60,773 bases of DNA, taken from positions 1 through 60,773 of the forward strand of contig CAZRBB010000006.1 in the NCBI GenBank assembly GCA_964598205.1, given 5' to 3'. Position numbers and translations under genes: made by a program. Below are positions 12,201 to 20,648 of the stretch, in pieces. A model generated the notes under the pieces. The model did not search any database, was not told where the DNA came from, and saw nothing but the letters and a program-made list of their open reading frames with translations. Every line of letters starts with the position of its first letter. Position 1 is the first letter of the stretch. The DNA comes from an uncultured Candidatus Saccharibacteria bacterium. Lineage in GTDB: Bacteria > Patescibacteriota > Minisyncoccia > CAIUEV01 > JAHKAQ01.

Positions 12201-13298
12201 AAAATTTCTCATTTTGGAATAACGGTTTTTTATCTTCCCTAAAAATGCTTCTTTGTAGAATATTTTTTTTATATTTAGATAATAGCCCCTTAACTTCCAA
12301 AACTTGGAAGATTCCATGAGGGTAATTTGTTGGTCTTTTTGGGAGAGGATTTGTTTTTGTTCGGCGATTTGTTGGTTTTTTTTGGAGAGACTTTGTTTTT
12401 GTTCGGCGATTTGTTGGTTTTTTATGGAGAGACTTTGTTTTTGTTTGGTAATTTGTTGGTTTTTTTTGGAGAGACTTTGTTTTTGTTCGGCGATTTGTTG
12501 GTTTTTTATTTTCTGTCCTCTTTCCAAATGAGCCATTATTTCTCCTTGCTTGTCGGAGTGAACTTTGAGCATGTCAAGCTCCTGTTTCTGTTCCTTGGTA
12601 TAATTATTTAGTTCTCTTTCAAACTCTACATATTCTTTGGGGAAATATTTTTTAATAATCCATTCCCTGTCTTTTAAGAATTGCTGATCTTGATTCTTTG
12701 AAGAAAAACCATCAGTACCGTACTTTGCCACTACAAGACTGGCGTAATAACGCTTAACTTCCCAATCGTTAAACCATTGCATATTAAAAACATAGTCGGC
12801 TAATACCCTGTACTTTGTTTGAAATTTTCCAAATTTTTTAAAGATATCCCTCTTAAAGAACATGGATTGATGACAAATGTTTTGTTTCATTAGCTTCAAG
12901 ACAGAAAATTCACCATCGTATTTTTTTTCCATTTCTCCCCATTGAACATTGCCATAAATAACATCTAGATCCGCTTTTTTAATTATTTGGGAAATTTTTC
13001 CCAAAACTTGTTCTGAATAAAAAGAGTCATCACTTCCTAAAAAGTAAATCCATTCTCCTTCTGCAATTTTAATTCCTTTATTCATTGCCTCATAGACTCC
13101 GCTGTCTTTTTCGCTTATCCACTTAATATGTGGATATTTTTTTGCATACTTTTTAACAATATTGAGCGTACTATCGGTAGAAAGTCCATCAACTATAATA
13201 TGTTCTACATTTTTATAGTTTTGGTTTGCTACATTCAAAATGCAGGATTCGATATCTTTTTCCGAATTGAGCGTTGGTGTTATGATTGAAATTTTCAT
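9273..13298 (-). CDS. Multidomain glycosyltransferase: GT2 - coiled coil - GT2 - GT2 - GT4
   Basis: MKISIITPTLN..DGLSTD; KISILTPVYN..CDDGS..LLDNDD; VSVIIPS..FLNDD; C-terminal SHDLSLSGAP..GSIEKRKGQD..EVFPLTILEAM. Confidence 0.9.
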   Translation of the reverse strand: MKISIITPTLNSEKDIESCILNVANQNYKNVEHIIVDGLSTDSTLNIVKKYAKKYPHIKWISEKDSGVYEAMNKGIKIAEGEWIYFLGSDDSFYSEQVLGKISQIIKKADLDVIYGNVQWGEMEKKYDGEFSVLKLMKQNICHQSMFFKRDIFKKFGKFQTKYRVLADYVFNMQWFNDWEVKRYYASLVVAKYGTDGFSSKNQDQQFLKDREWIIKKYFPKEYVEFERELNNYTKEQKQELDMLKVHSDKQGEIMAHLERGQKIKNQQIAEQKQSLSKKNQQITKQKQSLSIKNQQIAEQKQSLSKKNQQIAEQKQILSQKDQQITLMESSKFWKLRGYYLNIKKIFYKEAFLGKIKNRYSKMRNFKIKHFQEALREARRVLKNKGIKRFLWCLPRYLVYGKEYFNNTTTQQLSKYDAWIRENENWDTNKILKEIKKQIIQFNYKPKISILTPVYNVEPWLLDECVNSVIAQSYKEWELCLCDDGSTKKETKKCLQRWAQKDPRIKVIFAKINQGISSATNKALKESTGEFIALLDNDDLLTSHALYENVKLLNRFPETDYIYSDEDKLEKTGEGVWKRANPFFKPDWDSQLLFACMYTCHLSVYRKKIVESAGGFRSEFDFSQDYDLALRVTERTNKIRHIPKILYHWRAIPGSAAMGGKDYARESNIKALEDAVKRRNYNAKVLEYPFANRVLFKANKEQFVSVIIPSDNERNIKNCINLIVKNTNYPNYEIIVVTCSKIIKKLTNNRWGGIVKFKAYNEPFNFSLKCNRGAEIALGEYLIFLNDDIEVEQKDWIENLTGPFGKGGVGTVSPKLFYENNTIQYAGMVTGVRGFTGTAFHTYPKDAYDYFNLIQSERTVSILSGACFCVSKEFFLSIGGFDSVNTPIMHSDVDLSFRIREKGLDLLYNPFVSLRHVGHLSLKKTDRKKKTLKDPADLYLLKKWGDYLSYDKYFPSNMKDYLYQGGEYHFKLMAQRQEEKMIKAKNILLISHDLSLSGAPIILFYLAKYLKSKGFFVTVMSPRNGEAMRLYRKANIPVVVDSTILLEPFSETKKFMANFDLAIVNTIIMGHMIPLLKELSVPVFWLIHESSAGLEYIKSKKEVINGFKLSDNVIFACKETNILYKDFLSNNVRIIANGIEDFGATSKKKKTQKESIFPLNIIHAGSIEKRKGQDILIESLRYIPKHLLKKFNISFVGRVLDRGYEQKIKQKAKQYNNVKFFDQAPLSKLRTMIRESDIFICSSRDEVFPLTILEAMAGSIPVISTNVGGIKSMINNGKEGFLIDGDNPKELAKSIIFFIKNTHLIREYGENGRKRFLDNFTVQKFGEKIVPMINKKFVKPS
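12325..12508 (-). repeat. Coding 42-bp tandem repeat, about 4.4 copies (KNQQIAEQKQSLSK)
   Basis: ttcggcgatttgttgg-type block recurs at 12360, 12402, 12444, 12486. Confidence 0.95.
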
Positions 13299-13351
13299 GA
13301 TTTTGGATCTTAACGATGAATCTAAAAATTTGACAAACAGTTATCAAGAGC

Positions 13352-14710
13352 CTACAACAACAAACCTAGAATCATAAGGTTGATAATTCCGAAATAATAA
13401 AAAGCCTCTCTCACTAAACTGGAAATCAGCTGGATAACGATAACTATTGGAATAGTATTATAGAAAGAAAGAAGCGTCCAACTATACCCTGGAACCCCTA
13501 TAAAGATAGGCATAAAGAGATAAAATTTCGGTATTTTACTGAAAATTAATTCTAGAAAAATATTCAACCTTCTACTAAATATTTTTACAGCCTCAGGAAA
13601 TGAATCAAAAAAACGCCTATCTGGAACTAAAATTAGCGTAGCAAATGATGATGTAACCCAAAAAAATATCCAACGACCATAATCCCACCCAAGAATAAAT
13701 AAAGGCAAGACCGCAAGAAATTGGAAAATCATGACATTAGAGATCTCGTCTTTTGTATTGCTTGATATCCCAATTTTAACTGAGGAATAATAAATTGAAA
13801 CAATAATCAGAAGCCACATAATCGGAGCATAGACATCCCCGCTAAAATTTAACAAGGTGTCAGTAAAAAGTTTTAGCGCCTGACTTAACGACCAAGAAAG
13901 CCCATTTATTGCAGCTGGAATTGTATGAATAGAATCATTTTGGATTGGAAATTTGACTGACCGCCACGAATCCCAAATCCTAGATGAAATAAAAGAATTC
14001 CCCTTGTAATACAAGCATAAAATAAACGCAGAGAGAGAAGGAGCTAATTTAAGAAAGAAAAAAGAAATAGATCTTATTAAGCCTTTTGTACTTTTAGCAT
14101 AGTCCTCTCTGTTTAATAATAAAAAAATAACAGGAAAACAAAGAAATCCTATTGACTCATGTGTAAATAAAGCAATTACCAATAATAAATTGACTAGCAA
14201 TAAATATCCTTTTATTTTTTTAGTCAATAAATAAACTATGGCTATAAAGAAAAGCATTAATAAAACATCTTTCCTGACCCAAAAATCATTCAATATGGGA
14301 CCGCCAAGAAAAAAAACAAAAAATAATAACTTCACAGGATAATCTTTCTTAATAAAAAAATAGAGAAAAAACATAACTAGTAGCAGAAAAGATAGAAAGC
14401 AAACTGTTAATATTAACCAGTACGGGCTAGAATTAAAATACTGACAAACATGGAATATAATTTCACCAAGCAATCCCCGCCTAACAAAACCTCCTTGATA
14501 ATTAATCAACCATTCCGTTATTTGCCAGCTTTCTTTTGCGTAGCCATTTCTTATCTGCCAATAGAAGGTTTTTAATAGAGCAATAATAAAAAAGGAATAG
14601 AACCACGAAGAATACCATTTCTTTAAATCTAAGTAATTACGAAACTTAATTCTTTTTATCCAAGGAAGTGCCATATAATTACGAAGGAAATTATAAACTA
14701 GAGCCACCAT
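13352..14710 (-). CDS. Polytopic membrane protein (glycan polymerase/GT-C-like, uncertain)
   Basis: Many TM segments; NYQGGFVRRGLLG, HES and DYGRW motifs; AT-rich. Confidence 0.55.
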   Translation of the reverse strand: MVALVYNFLRNYMALPWIKRIKFRNYLDLKKWYSSWFYSFFIIALLKTFYWQIRNGYAKESWQITEWLINYQGGFVRRGLLGEIIFHVCQYFNSSPYWLILTVCFLSFLLLVMFFLYFFIKKDYPVKLLFFVFFLGGPILNDFWVRKDVLLMLFFIAIVYLLTKKIKGYLLLVNLLLVIALFTHESIGFLCFPVIFLLLNREDYAKSTKGLIRSISFFFLKLAPSLSAFILCLYYKGNSFISSRIWDSWRSVKFPIQNDSIHTIPAAINGLSWSLSQALKLFTDTLLNFSGDVYAPIMWLLIIVSIYYSSVKIGISSNTKDEISNVMIFQFLAVLPLFILGWDYGRWIFFWVTSSFATLILVPDRRFFDSFPEAVKIFSRRLNIFLELIFSKIPKFYLFMPIFIGVPGYSWTLLSFYNTIPIVIVIQLISSLVREAFYYFGIINLMILGLLL

Positions 14711-14731
14711 ACTTATTACATTGTAACTAAC

Positions 14732-15472
14732 CTATTTAATTGATGGTGATTTGAGTTTTAACCTAAGAAAAAAATAATAAATTAGAACGCTGATTGAATT
14801 ATAAATAGCCTTCCGCGAAACACTTGGAGAAGGCACTCTGTAGCTAATAGGGATTTCTACATATTTAGTTTTGCGCAAAAGATACCTCAGTTCAGTCTGA
14901 TAAAAATGTGCTTCTGATAATAATCTATATCTAACAAATTTTTCGACAATACTGGCATGGAATCCCTGAAACCCCGATGTCATATCGTTCATTTTTGATC
15001 CAAGCATTAAATTTGAAAGAATAGTTCCTGCTTTTGATAAAAAAGTTCTTTTCCATGAAGAATCACAAATAGATCCTCCGTCAATAAAGCGACTACCGAA
15101 TGCACATTCATTGCCTTCACTTAAAACTCTGAGGAATTCAGGAATTGATTTCGGGTCATGAGACAATCCAGCATCCATTTCTATAATGAAATCATGTTTA
15201 TTGTTTAAGGCTTTTTTGTACCCATTAATATAGGCATCTACTATATTTTTATTATTTGGTGAAAAAATTGTAACAAATCTCTTATCCTTTTCAGAAAGCC
15301 CATTGCACAACTTAAGCGTGTTATCTTTTGAAACTTTATCCACAACAAAATATACCTTCCCACAATTTAAGTCGTTTAATATATCAATCAAGGAACAAAT
15401 GAACGGATCAAAATCTTTTGATTCGTTCGCCATTGGAATTACTACCGCAAAATCAAGCTCTATTTTTTTCAT
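14732..15472 (-). CDS. GT2 polyprenol-phosphate sugar synthase (DPM1-like)
   Basis: EMDAGLSHDP, AFGSRFIDGG, DMTSGFQGF, VEIPISY. Confidence 0.85.
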   Translation of the reverse strand: MKKIELDFAVVIPMANESKDFDPFICSLIDILNDLNCGKVYFVVDKVSKDNTLKLCNGLSEKDKRFVTIFSPNNKNIVDAYINGYKKALNNKHDFIIEMDAGLSHDPKSIPEFLRVLSEGNECAFGSRFIDGGSICDSSWKRTFLSKAGTILSNLMLGSKMNDMTSGFQGFHASIVEKFVRYRLLSEAHFYQTELRYLLRKTKYVEIPISYRVPSPSVSRKAIYNSISVLIYYFFLRLKLKSPSIK

Positions 15473-15485
15473 GTTTGAATTCTAA

Positions 15486-16292
15486 CTACCCTAGCAATTT
15501 ACTTTTGCTATTTATAAATAACGAATCTTGTTGTAATATTTTTCCGTCCCGGGGTCGCCTAAGTTGCTCAAATGATCCCACATAGCTGAACCCCATATCT
15601 TTCAAAACTAAATAAATATCATCAAATAAAGGTGCTCCTTCATAAAGCTGTATGAACGATGTTTCCAGAATTATTATTTCGGCTTGGCCAACAGTCTTAA
15701 TGCCACCCTTTATAACCTCGGACTCAAATCCCTGTACATCCATTTTCACTAAATAAGGCTTGTCTATAAAAATACTTTCCGCAAGATTGTCTAGTTTTCT
15801 TATTTCTATTACTTCCTCAAACTCACAGCGCGCAAAATCAAAAGCTTCCTTGTGCGTTAATTTCATTGGCAGGATAGATGATGATGGTGAATATTCATTA
15901 CGAAAAATCTTTTGTTCACCGTCCATATTCCCAAGCGCAAGGTGGAAAAAAGAAAAATTATTATCATTTTCGAATTTATTTTTTAGTTTTTCGAATGGAT
16001 CTTTAAGAGGTTCAAAGCAAATTTTTTTTGCCTCAGGTAAAATAAGATTTATTTTTTCAGCGAATTGGCCTTCGTTTGCTCCAATGTCTAAAATTGTTTT
16101 AATTCCAGCGCTTCTTAACCACTGATTTTGACTTATAAAATCTTGAACTTCAGCATTGTGAATATCGTTTTTTTTCTCTTTTATTTTTTTGTAGTAAGCA
16201 TTTTTAAGTTGTTCGTTTTTTGTAATTTTCTGTATACAAATTCCAAACTTAGAAAGAATATTGTTAATAAATTTGACTAATTTTTTTTCCAT
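15486..16292 (-). CDS. FkbM-family methyltransferase
   Basis: LDIGANEGQF, CFEP, LVKMDVQGFESEVIKGG. Confidence 0.92.
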   Translation of the reverse strand: MEKKLVKFINNILSKFGICIQKITKNEQLKNAYYKKIKEKKNDIHNAEVQDFISQNQWLRSAGIKTILDIGANEGQFAEKINLILPEAKKICFEPLKDPFEKLKNKFENDNNFSFFHLALGNMDGEQKIFRNEYSPSSSILPMKLTHKEAFDFARCEFEEVIEIRKLDNLAESIFIDKPYLVKMDVQGFESEVIKGGIKTVGQAEIIILETSFIQLYEGAPLFDDIYLVLKDMGFSYVGSFEQLRRPRDGKILQQDSLFINSKSKLLG

Positions 16293-17716
16293 ATATGTTC
16301 AATGTTTATTATCCCATAGGGGCGTTCTTTTTTGGGAAAAATTTTAAAACTATATTTTTTATCTTTTATTTCGTATGGGATTAGGCAACTCCAATCATAA
16401 ATAACTGCTGTAAAATAATATTTGTCAGCTAATAGGCAGTTATTTTTTATACAAAAATCAACACTTCCATTACCTATAATGCTTTCAATTTTAAAATTTG
16501 AATTTTTTGTATTAGGTCCGGTTAAATCCACGCCATCTTGAGTATGAATGGCAATCCCAAAAACTGGTTTTCTAACTATTTTACTGGCTTTGTAATAGAT
16601 TCGCGCTACAATATCATCCCCCGTCATAAACACATTCTTCGCTTTCCCATCTTTATCCAAAAATTCCACCTTGGTAATTTCAGCTACCTTATTTCTTTTT
16701 TCTTCCTCCAGTCTTTCACGCTCTTCGGCTAATCTTCTTTTTTCTTCCTCTCTTAATCTCCGCTCTTCGGCTAATCTTCTTTTTTCTTCCTCTGTTTTGT
16801 GCCTTTCTTCTTTTTTTATTCGTTTTTCTTCGGCCCTTCTTTGTTCTTGTTCTAATCGGCAAGCTTCTTCTTGAGCTTTGATTCTTAATCTTTTTTCCTG
16901 CCCCACTAGGCGCTTTTCTTCGTCGGTCATGTTGTCGTAAATGTAAGCGTTGGCCACCTGTTCTGGCGAGCCTATTTTTTTAATTTGGCCGTGACGCAAC
17001 AAGAGTGCCCGATCGCAATATTTTTGCACAGTGGCAGTGTTGTGTGTTACCAAAATAATAGTTTTGCCCAAGTCGCGATATTTCATGAATTCTTCTAGGC
17101 ATTTTTGCTGAAAGTTAGTGTCTCCCACGGCTAAGACTTCGTCCATTAGCATTATTTCCCGATTCACGTTTAAAATAATGGAAAAGGCCAACCGCATTTG
17201 CATGCCAGAAGAATAGTTTTTGATTTTTTGGTTAATAAAGTGACCCAATTCGGAAAATTCCACAATGACCTCCATTTTTTCGGCAATTTCTTTTTGGGTT
17301 AATCCCAAAACAGTGGCGTTTAAAATAATATTATCCTTGCCGGAAAGCTCCAGGTTAAAACCGATCCCTAATTCTAAAAACGGCGCGATGCGCCCGTTGA
17401 TTTTAACCTTTCCCCGATCCGGCTGGTAAATGCCGGCCAAGATTTTTAATAGCGTGGACTTGCCGGAACCATTCCGGCCGATAATGCCAAAGAATTCGCC
17501 TTTTTTAATGGTAAAAGAAATGTCTTTTAGAGCTTTGAATTCGGTTTTGGTTTTCTTTTTAAAAACGCCGGTAAAAGCACCACGCAAGCTAGCCACCTTT
17601 TCTCCAGGAACGGTAAAAGTTTTGGAAATATTCTTAACTTCTATGGCCGGCTCAACGATTTTTTGGGTTTTGGTGGTTTTTTGGGTTTTGGCGATAATAA
17701 ATTTTTCTTGTTTCAT
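16277..17716 (-). CDS. wzt: Polysaccharide ABC exporter ATPase (Wzt/RfbB-like) with charged helical insert and C-terminal Wzt_C domain
   Basis: Walker A GRNGSGKST, YSSGMQMRLAFS, MDEVLAVGD; C-terminal AEITKVEF..KPVFGIAIH. Confidence 0.92.
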   Translation of the reverse strand: MKQEKFIIAKTQKTTKTQKIVEPAIEVKNISKTFTVPGEKVASLRGAFTGVFKKKTKTEFKALKDISFTIKKGEFFGIIGRNGSGKSTLLKILAGIYQPDRGKVKINGRIAPFLELGIGFNLELSGKDNIILNATVLGLTQKEIAEKMEVIVEFSELGHFINQKIKNYSSGMQMRLAFSIILNVNREIMLMDEVLAVGDTNFQQKCLEEFMKYRDLGKTIILVTHNTATVQKYCDRALLLRHGQIKKIGSPEQVANAYIYDNMTDEEKRLVGQEKRLRIKAQEEACRLEQEQRRAEEKRIKKEERHKTEEEKRRLAEERRLREEEKRRLAEERERLEEEKRNKVAEITKVEFLDKDGKAKNVFMTGDDIVARIYYKASKIVRKPVFGIAIHTQDGVDLTGPNTKNSNFKIESIIGNGSVDFCIKNNCLLADKYYFTAVIYDWSCLIPYEIKDKKYSFKIFPKKERPYGIINIEHIWKKN

Positions 17717-17929
17717 AAAAAAACTAAAAAATACCGACTACGGATTTTTGGATTGTAGCATTTTTGAGTGATGACGAGCAAAGAAAGATGTCCCAACCGT
17801 TCCCATTTTGGGAACAACTGAAAATGCCTGCAGAAGACTGCAAAATGCGTGAATTGGGGACATTATTGAGGACATTGTAGAACAACAACACCTCTAGCAA
17901 CTATCAATTTTATTAAGGAAAAACAAAAC

Positions 17930-17949
17930 GACCCCGTTTACACGGGGTC
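17930..17949 (-). terminator. Hairpin GACCCCGT-TTAC-ACGGGGTC followed by a T-rich tract on the minus strand
   Basis: 8-bp perfect stem; aaaaacaaaac on its left flank. Confidence 0.5.
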
Positions 17950-18124
17950 TCGGAGCTTCCCCTACTAGGGGATACCATTGCCTTTTTATTTGGCCGATTT
18001 TGTTTTTTTGTCAAAATGGTAATTATTTGTTTTTACCTTTTTTTTAGATTTTTTTAATAATTATCGTGGTAGAATTGGGGCAATCAGAAGAACGGTTAAA
18101 AAATCAGGATCTTAATCAAAAATC

Positions 18125-19066
18125 ATGCCCAATAATACTCAGCCAAAAACTAAAATCGCTTTGTTTGGAGGAAAGGAAATAAGAAAAACTGTTTACAAGA
18201 ATGAGTGGTGGTTTTCGGTGGTAGATGTAATTAGGGCACTGACAAATAGTAATCGACCAAGTGTCTACTGGACCGCAATGAAGACTAGAGTGCAAAACGA
18301 AGACGAATTTCAACTATCTACAATTTGTAGACAGTTGAAATTAATATCCCCGGACAACAAGCTACGTCAAACTGATTGTGCTAACACCGAAGGCATTTTT
18401 AGAATCATTCAATCCATTCCCTCGCCCAAAGCGGAACCCTTCAAGCGATGGTTAGCCAAGGTTGGTTACGAAAGAATTCAAGAAATAGAAGATCCAGAGC
18501 TGGCCACTAAGAGAACTAGATTACTCTACAAGCTCAAGGGCTATCCCGATGATTGGATAGAAAAACGAATGCGCGGAATTGCCATTAGAGAAGAGTTAAC
18601 TGATGAGTGGCGCAAGCGGGGCGCCGAAGAAAAGAAAGATTATAAAATTTTAACGGCCGAAATTTCTAAGGCCTCGTTTAACTTAACACCCAACGAATAC
18701 AAAAAACTAAAAGGATTAAAGAAAGAAAATCTAAGGGATCATATGAACGACTTGGAACTTATTTTTACCATGCTCGGTGAAAGAGCGACCACAGAAATTC
18801 ATCGGACCGAAAAATCTCAAGGAATAAAAAAGTTAAAAATGGACGCCAAGGAAGGCGGAGAAATCGCCGGCGGTGCCAGAAAAAAATTAGAAAAAAGATT
18901 GGGGAAGCCGATTGTCACTAAAAATAATTACCTGCAAAAATCAACCAAAAAGAAAAGGCTGGAGTCAAAAAGGCGGAGTGTCCGGTCTTTGTTGGAAGGA
19001 GCGAAAATAAAGGATATAAGGGTTGTGCTGAAATGTCCGAAAAAATCGGACACTTCTTTTTTTTAG
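18125..19066 (+). CDS. Bro-N domain protein (phage antirepressor-like)
   Basis: EWWFSVVDVI, EGIFRIIQSIPSPKAEPFKRWLAKVGYERIQEIEDPE, LRDHMNDLELIFTMLGE. Confidence 0.9.
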   Translation: MPNNTQPKTKIALFGGKEIRKTVYKNEWWFSVVDVIRALTNSNRPSVYWTAMKTRVQNEDEFQLSTICRQLKLISPDNKLRQTDCANTEGIFRIIQSIPSPKAEPFKRWLAKVGYERIQEIEDPELATKRTRLLYKLKGYPDDWIEKRMRGIAIREELTDEWRKRGAEEKKDYKILTAEISKASFNLTPNEYKKLKGLKKENLRDHMNDLELIFTMLGERATTEIHRTEKSQGIKKLKMDAKEGGEIAGGARKKLEKRLGKPIVTKNNYLQKSTKKKRLESKRRSVRSLLEGAKIKDIRVVLKCPKKSDTSFF

Positions 19067-19400
19067 GACATTTTCTGAGGCATTATCTAGGACATCTCTA
19101 TGACATTTTGGGGACATTTCTGTGACATTTCTAGGACATTTTGGGGACATTATTGGGGACATTTTGGGGACATTTTGGGGACATTATAGACAACAACCTC
19201 TAACCCTCCCTGTTTTTCACTGATTGCCGGCTCTCTTAATTTATATTCCCTAAACTGATCTAAGGCTCTTTTTATTCCACTGCCATACCTTTCAATGAGT
19301 CCAGCATCGCGAAAAATTTCAGCTAAAGATTTGTTCCTGGGAAAAGATTTTGGCGGGGAGGGGTACGATTTGTACCCTCCCTTATGTTGAAAGGAGATGG
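18965..19400 (-). pseudogene. Remnant of an ATP-binding/HATPase_c_4 (RecG-C-like) regulator with a frameshifted NVPx repeat linker
   Basis: PRNKSLAEIFRDAGLIERYGSGIKR; 5' part missing; 3' part broken by 11-nt repeat units. Confidence 0.75.
19061..19185 (-). repeat. Tandem array of 11 units of AATGTCCCCAA(N); seven 11-nt and four 12-nt units
   Basis: Read directly from the sequence; 12-nt units encode NVLD/NASE/NVLK-type tetrapeptides. Confidence 0.9.
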
Positions 19401-19419
19401 GAGATTGAGCAGAGGGTGG

Positions 19420-19521
19420 GGGCAAATTGCCACCCCCCTTACAATTTTAACTAAAGGTGGAGCGCAAAAAATAAACTGCGCCAATACGGAGGGAATTTTT
19501 AGAATCATTCAATCCATTTAA
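19420..19521 (+). pseudogene. Fragment of a second Bro-N paralogue (..LTILTKGGAQKINCANTEGIFRIIQSI*)
   Basis: 24 bp at 19495-19518 identical to 18395-18418 of the intact Bro-N gene; CANTEGIFRIIQSI shared. Confidence 0.75.
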
Positions 19522-19547
19522 AAAACGACCGGAACCGAATCCCCTCC

Positions 19548-19585
19548 TTGCCTTATATATACATTATATATACAATGTATATATA
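19548..19585 (+). promoter_or_regulatory. Sigma70 promoter TTGCCT-N17-TACAAT overlapped by a 12-bp inverted-repeat operator
   Basis: -35 19548-53, -10 19571-76; TATATATACATT (19554-65) / AATGTATATATA (19574-85). Confidence 0.75.
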
Positions 19586-19603
19586 ATTGTTTAAGTAAAA
19601 AAC

Positions 19604-19900
19604 ATGGCTTCTGTCCCTATCAATTTTAAAACCGACCCCAAGGTCAAAAAACAAGCCCAAAAAATCGCTTCCGATTTGGGTTTTAATTTAAGCAGTGTTT
19701 TGAACGGTTATTTGCGTCATTTTGTTAAAACCAGAACAGTGCATTTCTCTTTAACCTTGGAAGAACAAATAGCCAAAGAAAAAAAGCCTACCAAGTACTT
19801 TCTAGATTCCATTCGAGAAGCCGAAGAGGATATTAAAAGGGGGGATGTTTCTCCTTCTTTTGATAACGCTAAAGATGCTATTGATTGGTTGAATAAGTAG
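19604..19900 (+). CDS. RelB/DinJ-family antitoxin
   Basis: INFKTDPKVKKQAQKIASDLGFNLSSVLNGYLRHFV (RHH); C-terminal SFDNAKDAIDWL. Confidence 0.88.
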   Translation: MASVPINFKTDPKVKKQAQKIASDLGFNLSSVLNGYLRHFVKTRTVHFSLTLEEQIAKEKKPTKYFLDSIREAEEDIKRGDVSPSFDNAKDAIDWLNK

Positions 19901-19933
19901 ATTGAATGAAGGTAAAGGGAATAAGCTAAACCC

Positions 19934-20485
19934 TTACTCCTTAAACCGATCTAAATCTTTTTTGGTTAAGAGCCGCGTTTCTGTAGCCTTTTTAATCAGT
20001 CCAAAACTGGGCCGGTAAGAAAGTCCAATATATTCCACCTTTTTTCTTTTCTTGGTCACATTTTCTACCGCCGGAATTAAATCGGTGTCCGAACTAACCA
20101 AAACGGCCGTATCAAAAACATGATCCACGGCGCCAGCCACCATATCTACCGCAATCCGCACATCTACCCCCTTTTCGTGGTAAACGCCGGCAGACTTCAT
20201 CATATAGCCCCGTACTACGCTGATTCTTTGCTTGGCTAGCGCGGAGAAAATCTTTTGCTGGCAAGAAACTACCTTTTGGCTTTTTTCTTGATCCTTGGGA
20301 TCAAGACGCACCACTCCTACATAATACCGAATGTCTACTATTTCCCTGCCATCAGCTAACCACTCGGCCAGTTTCCGATAATTAAAGTTAATGGTTCTTC
20401 TAATAGCCACCCTTTTGTTTTTTAAAATATGGTAAAAGTTACTGCCATCAAAAATAATTAGCACTTTTTCTTTTTTGTTTCTCAT
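19934..20485 (-). CDS. NYN-domain (LabA/PIN-like) putative RNase
   Basis: IIFDGSNFY, EKGVDVRIAVDM, LVSSDTDLIPAV. Confidence 0.92.
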   Translation of the reverse strand: MRNKKEKVLIIFDGSNFYHILKNKRVAIRRTINFNYRKLAEWLADGREIVDIRYYVGVVRLDPKDQEKSQKVVSCQQKIFSALAKQRISVVRGYMMKSAGVYHEKGVDVRIAVDMVAGAVDHVFDTAVLVSSDTDLIPAVENVTKKRKKVEYIGLSYRPSFGLIKKATETRLLTKKDLDRFKE

Positions 20486-20597
20486 AAATTTATTTAATAC
20501 TTAGACGAACGATTATACTGTGGATGTTTGAGCGTTTGGGGCGAACGGACGGAGGTTTTAATAAATAAAGGGGTTAAAGGCGTAAGTTTCTACGGAT

Positions 20598-20632
20598 AAA
20601 AAAACCCGCCCTTGCCGAAAGACAGGAGCGGG
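20598..20632 (-). terminator. Intrinsic terminator-like hairpin with U7 tract in the NYN leader
   Basis: Minus strand CCCGCTCCTGTC-TTTCG-GCAAGGGCGGG-TTTTTTT. Confidence 0.65.
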
Positions 20633-20648
20633 GAGGTTAGCTACCCTG

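Noticed and set aside
19061-19185. Short repeat array as a CRISPR
   Set aside because: Units are contiguous 11-12 nt with no spacers, derive from a tetrapeptide coding repeat, and no cas genes are in the window
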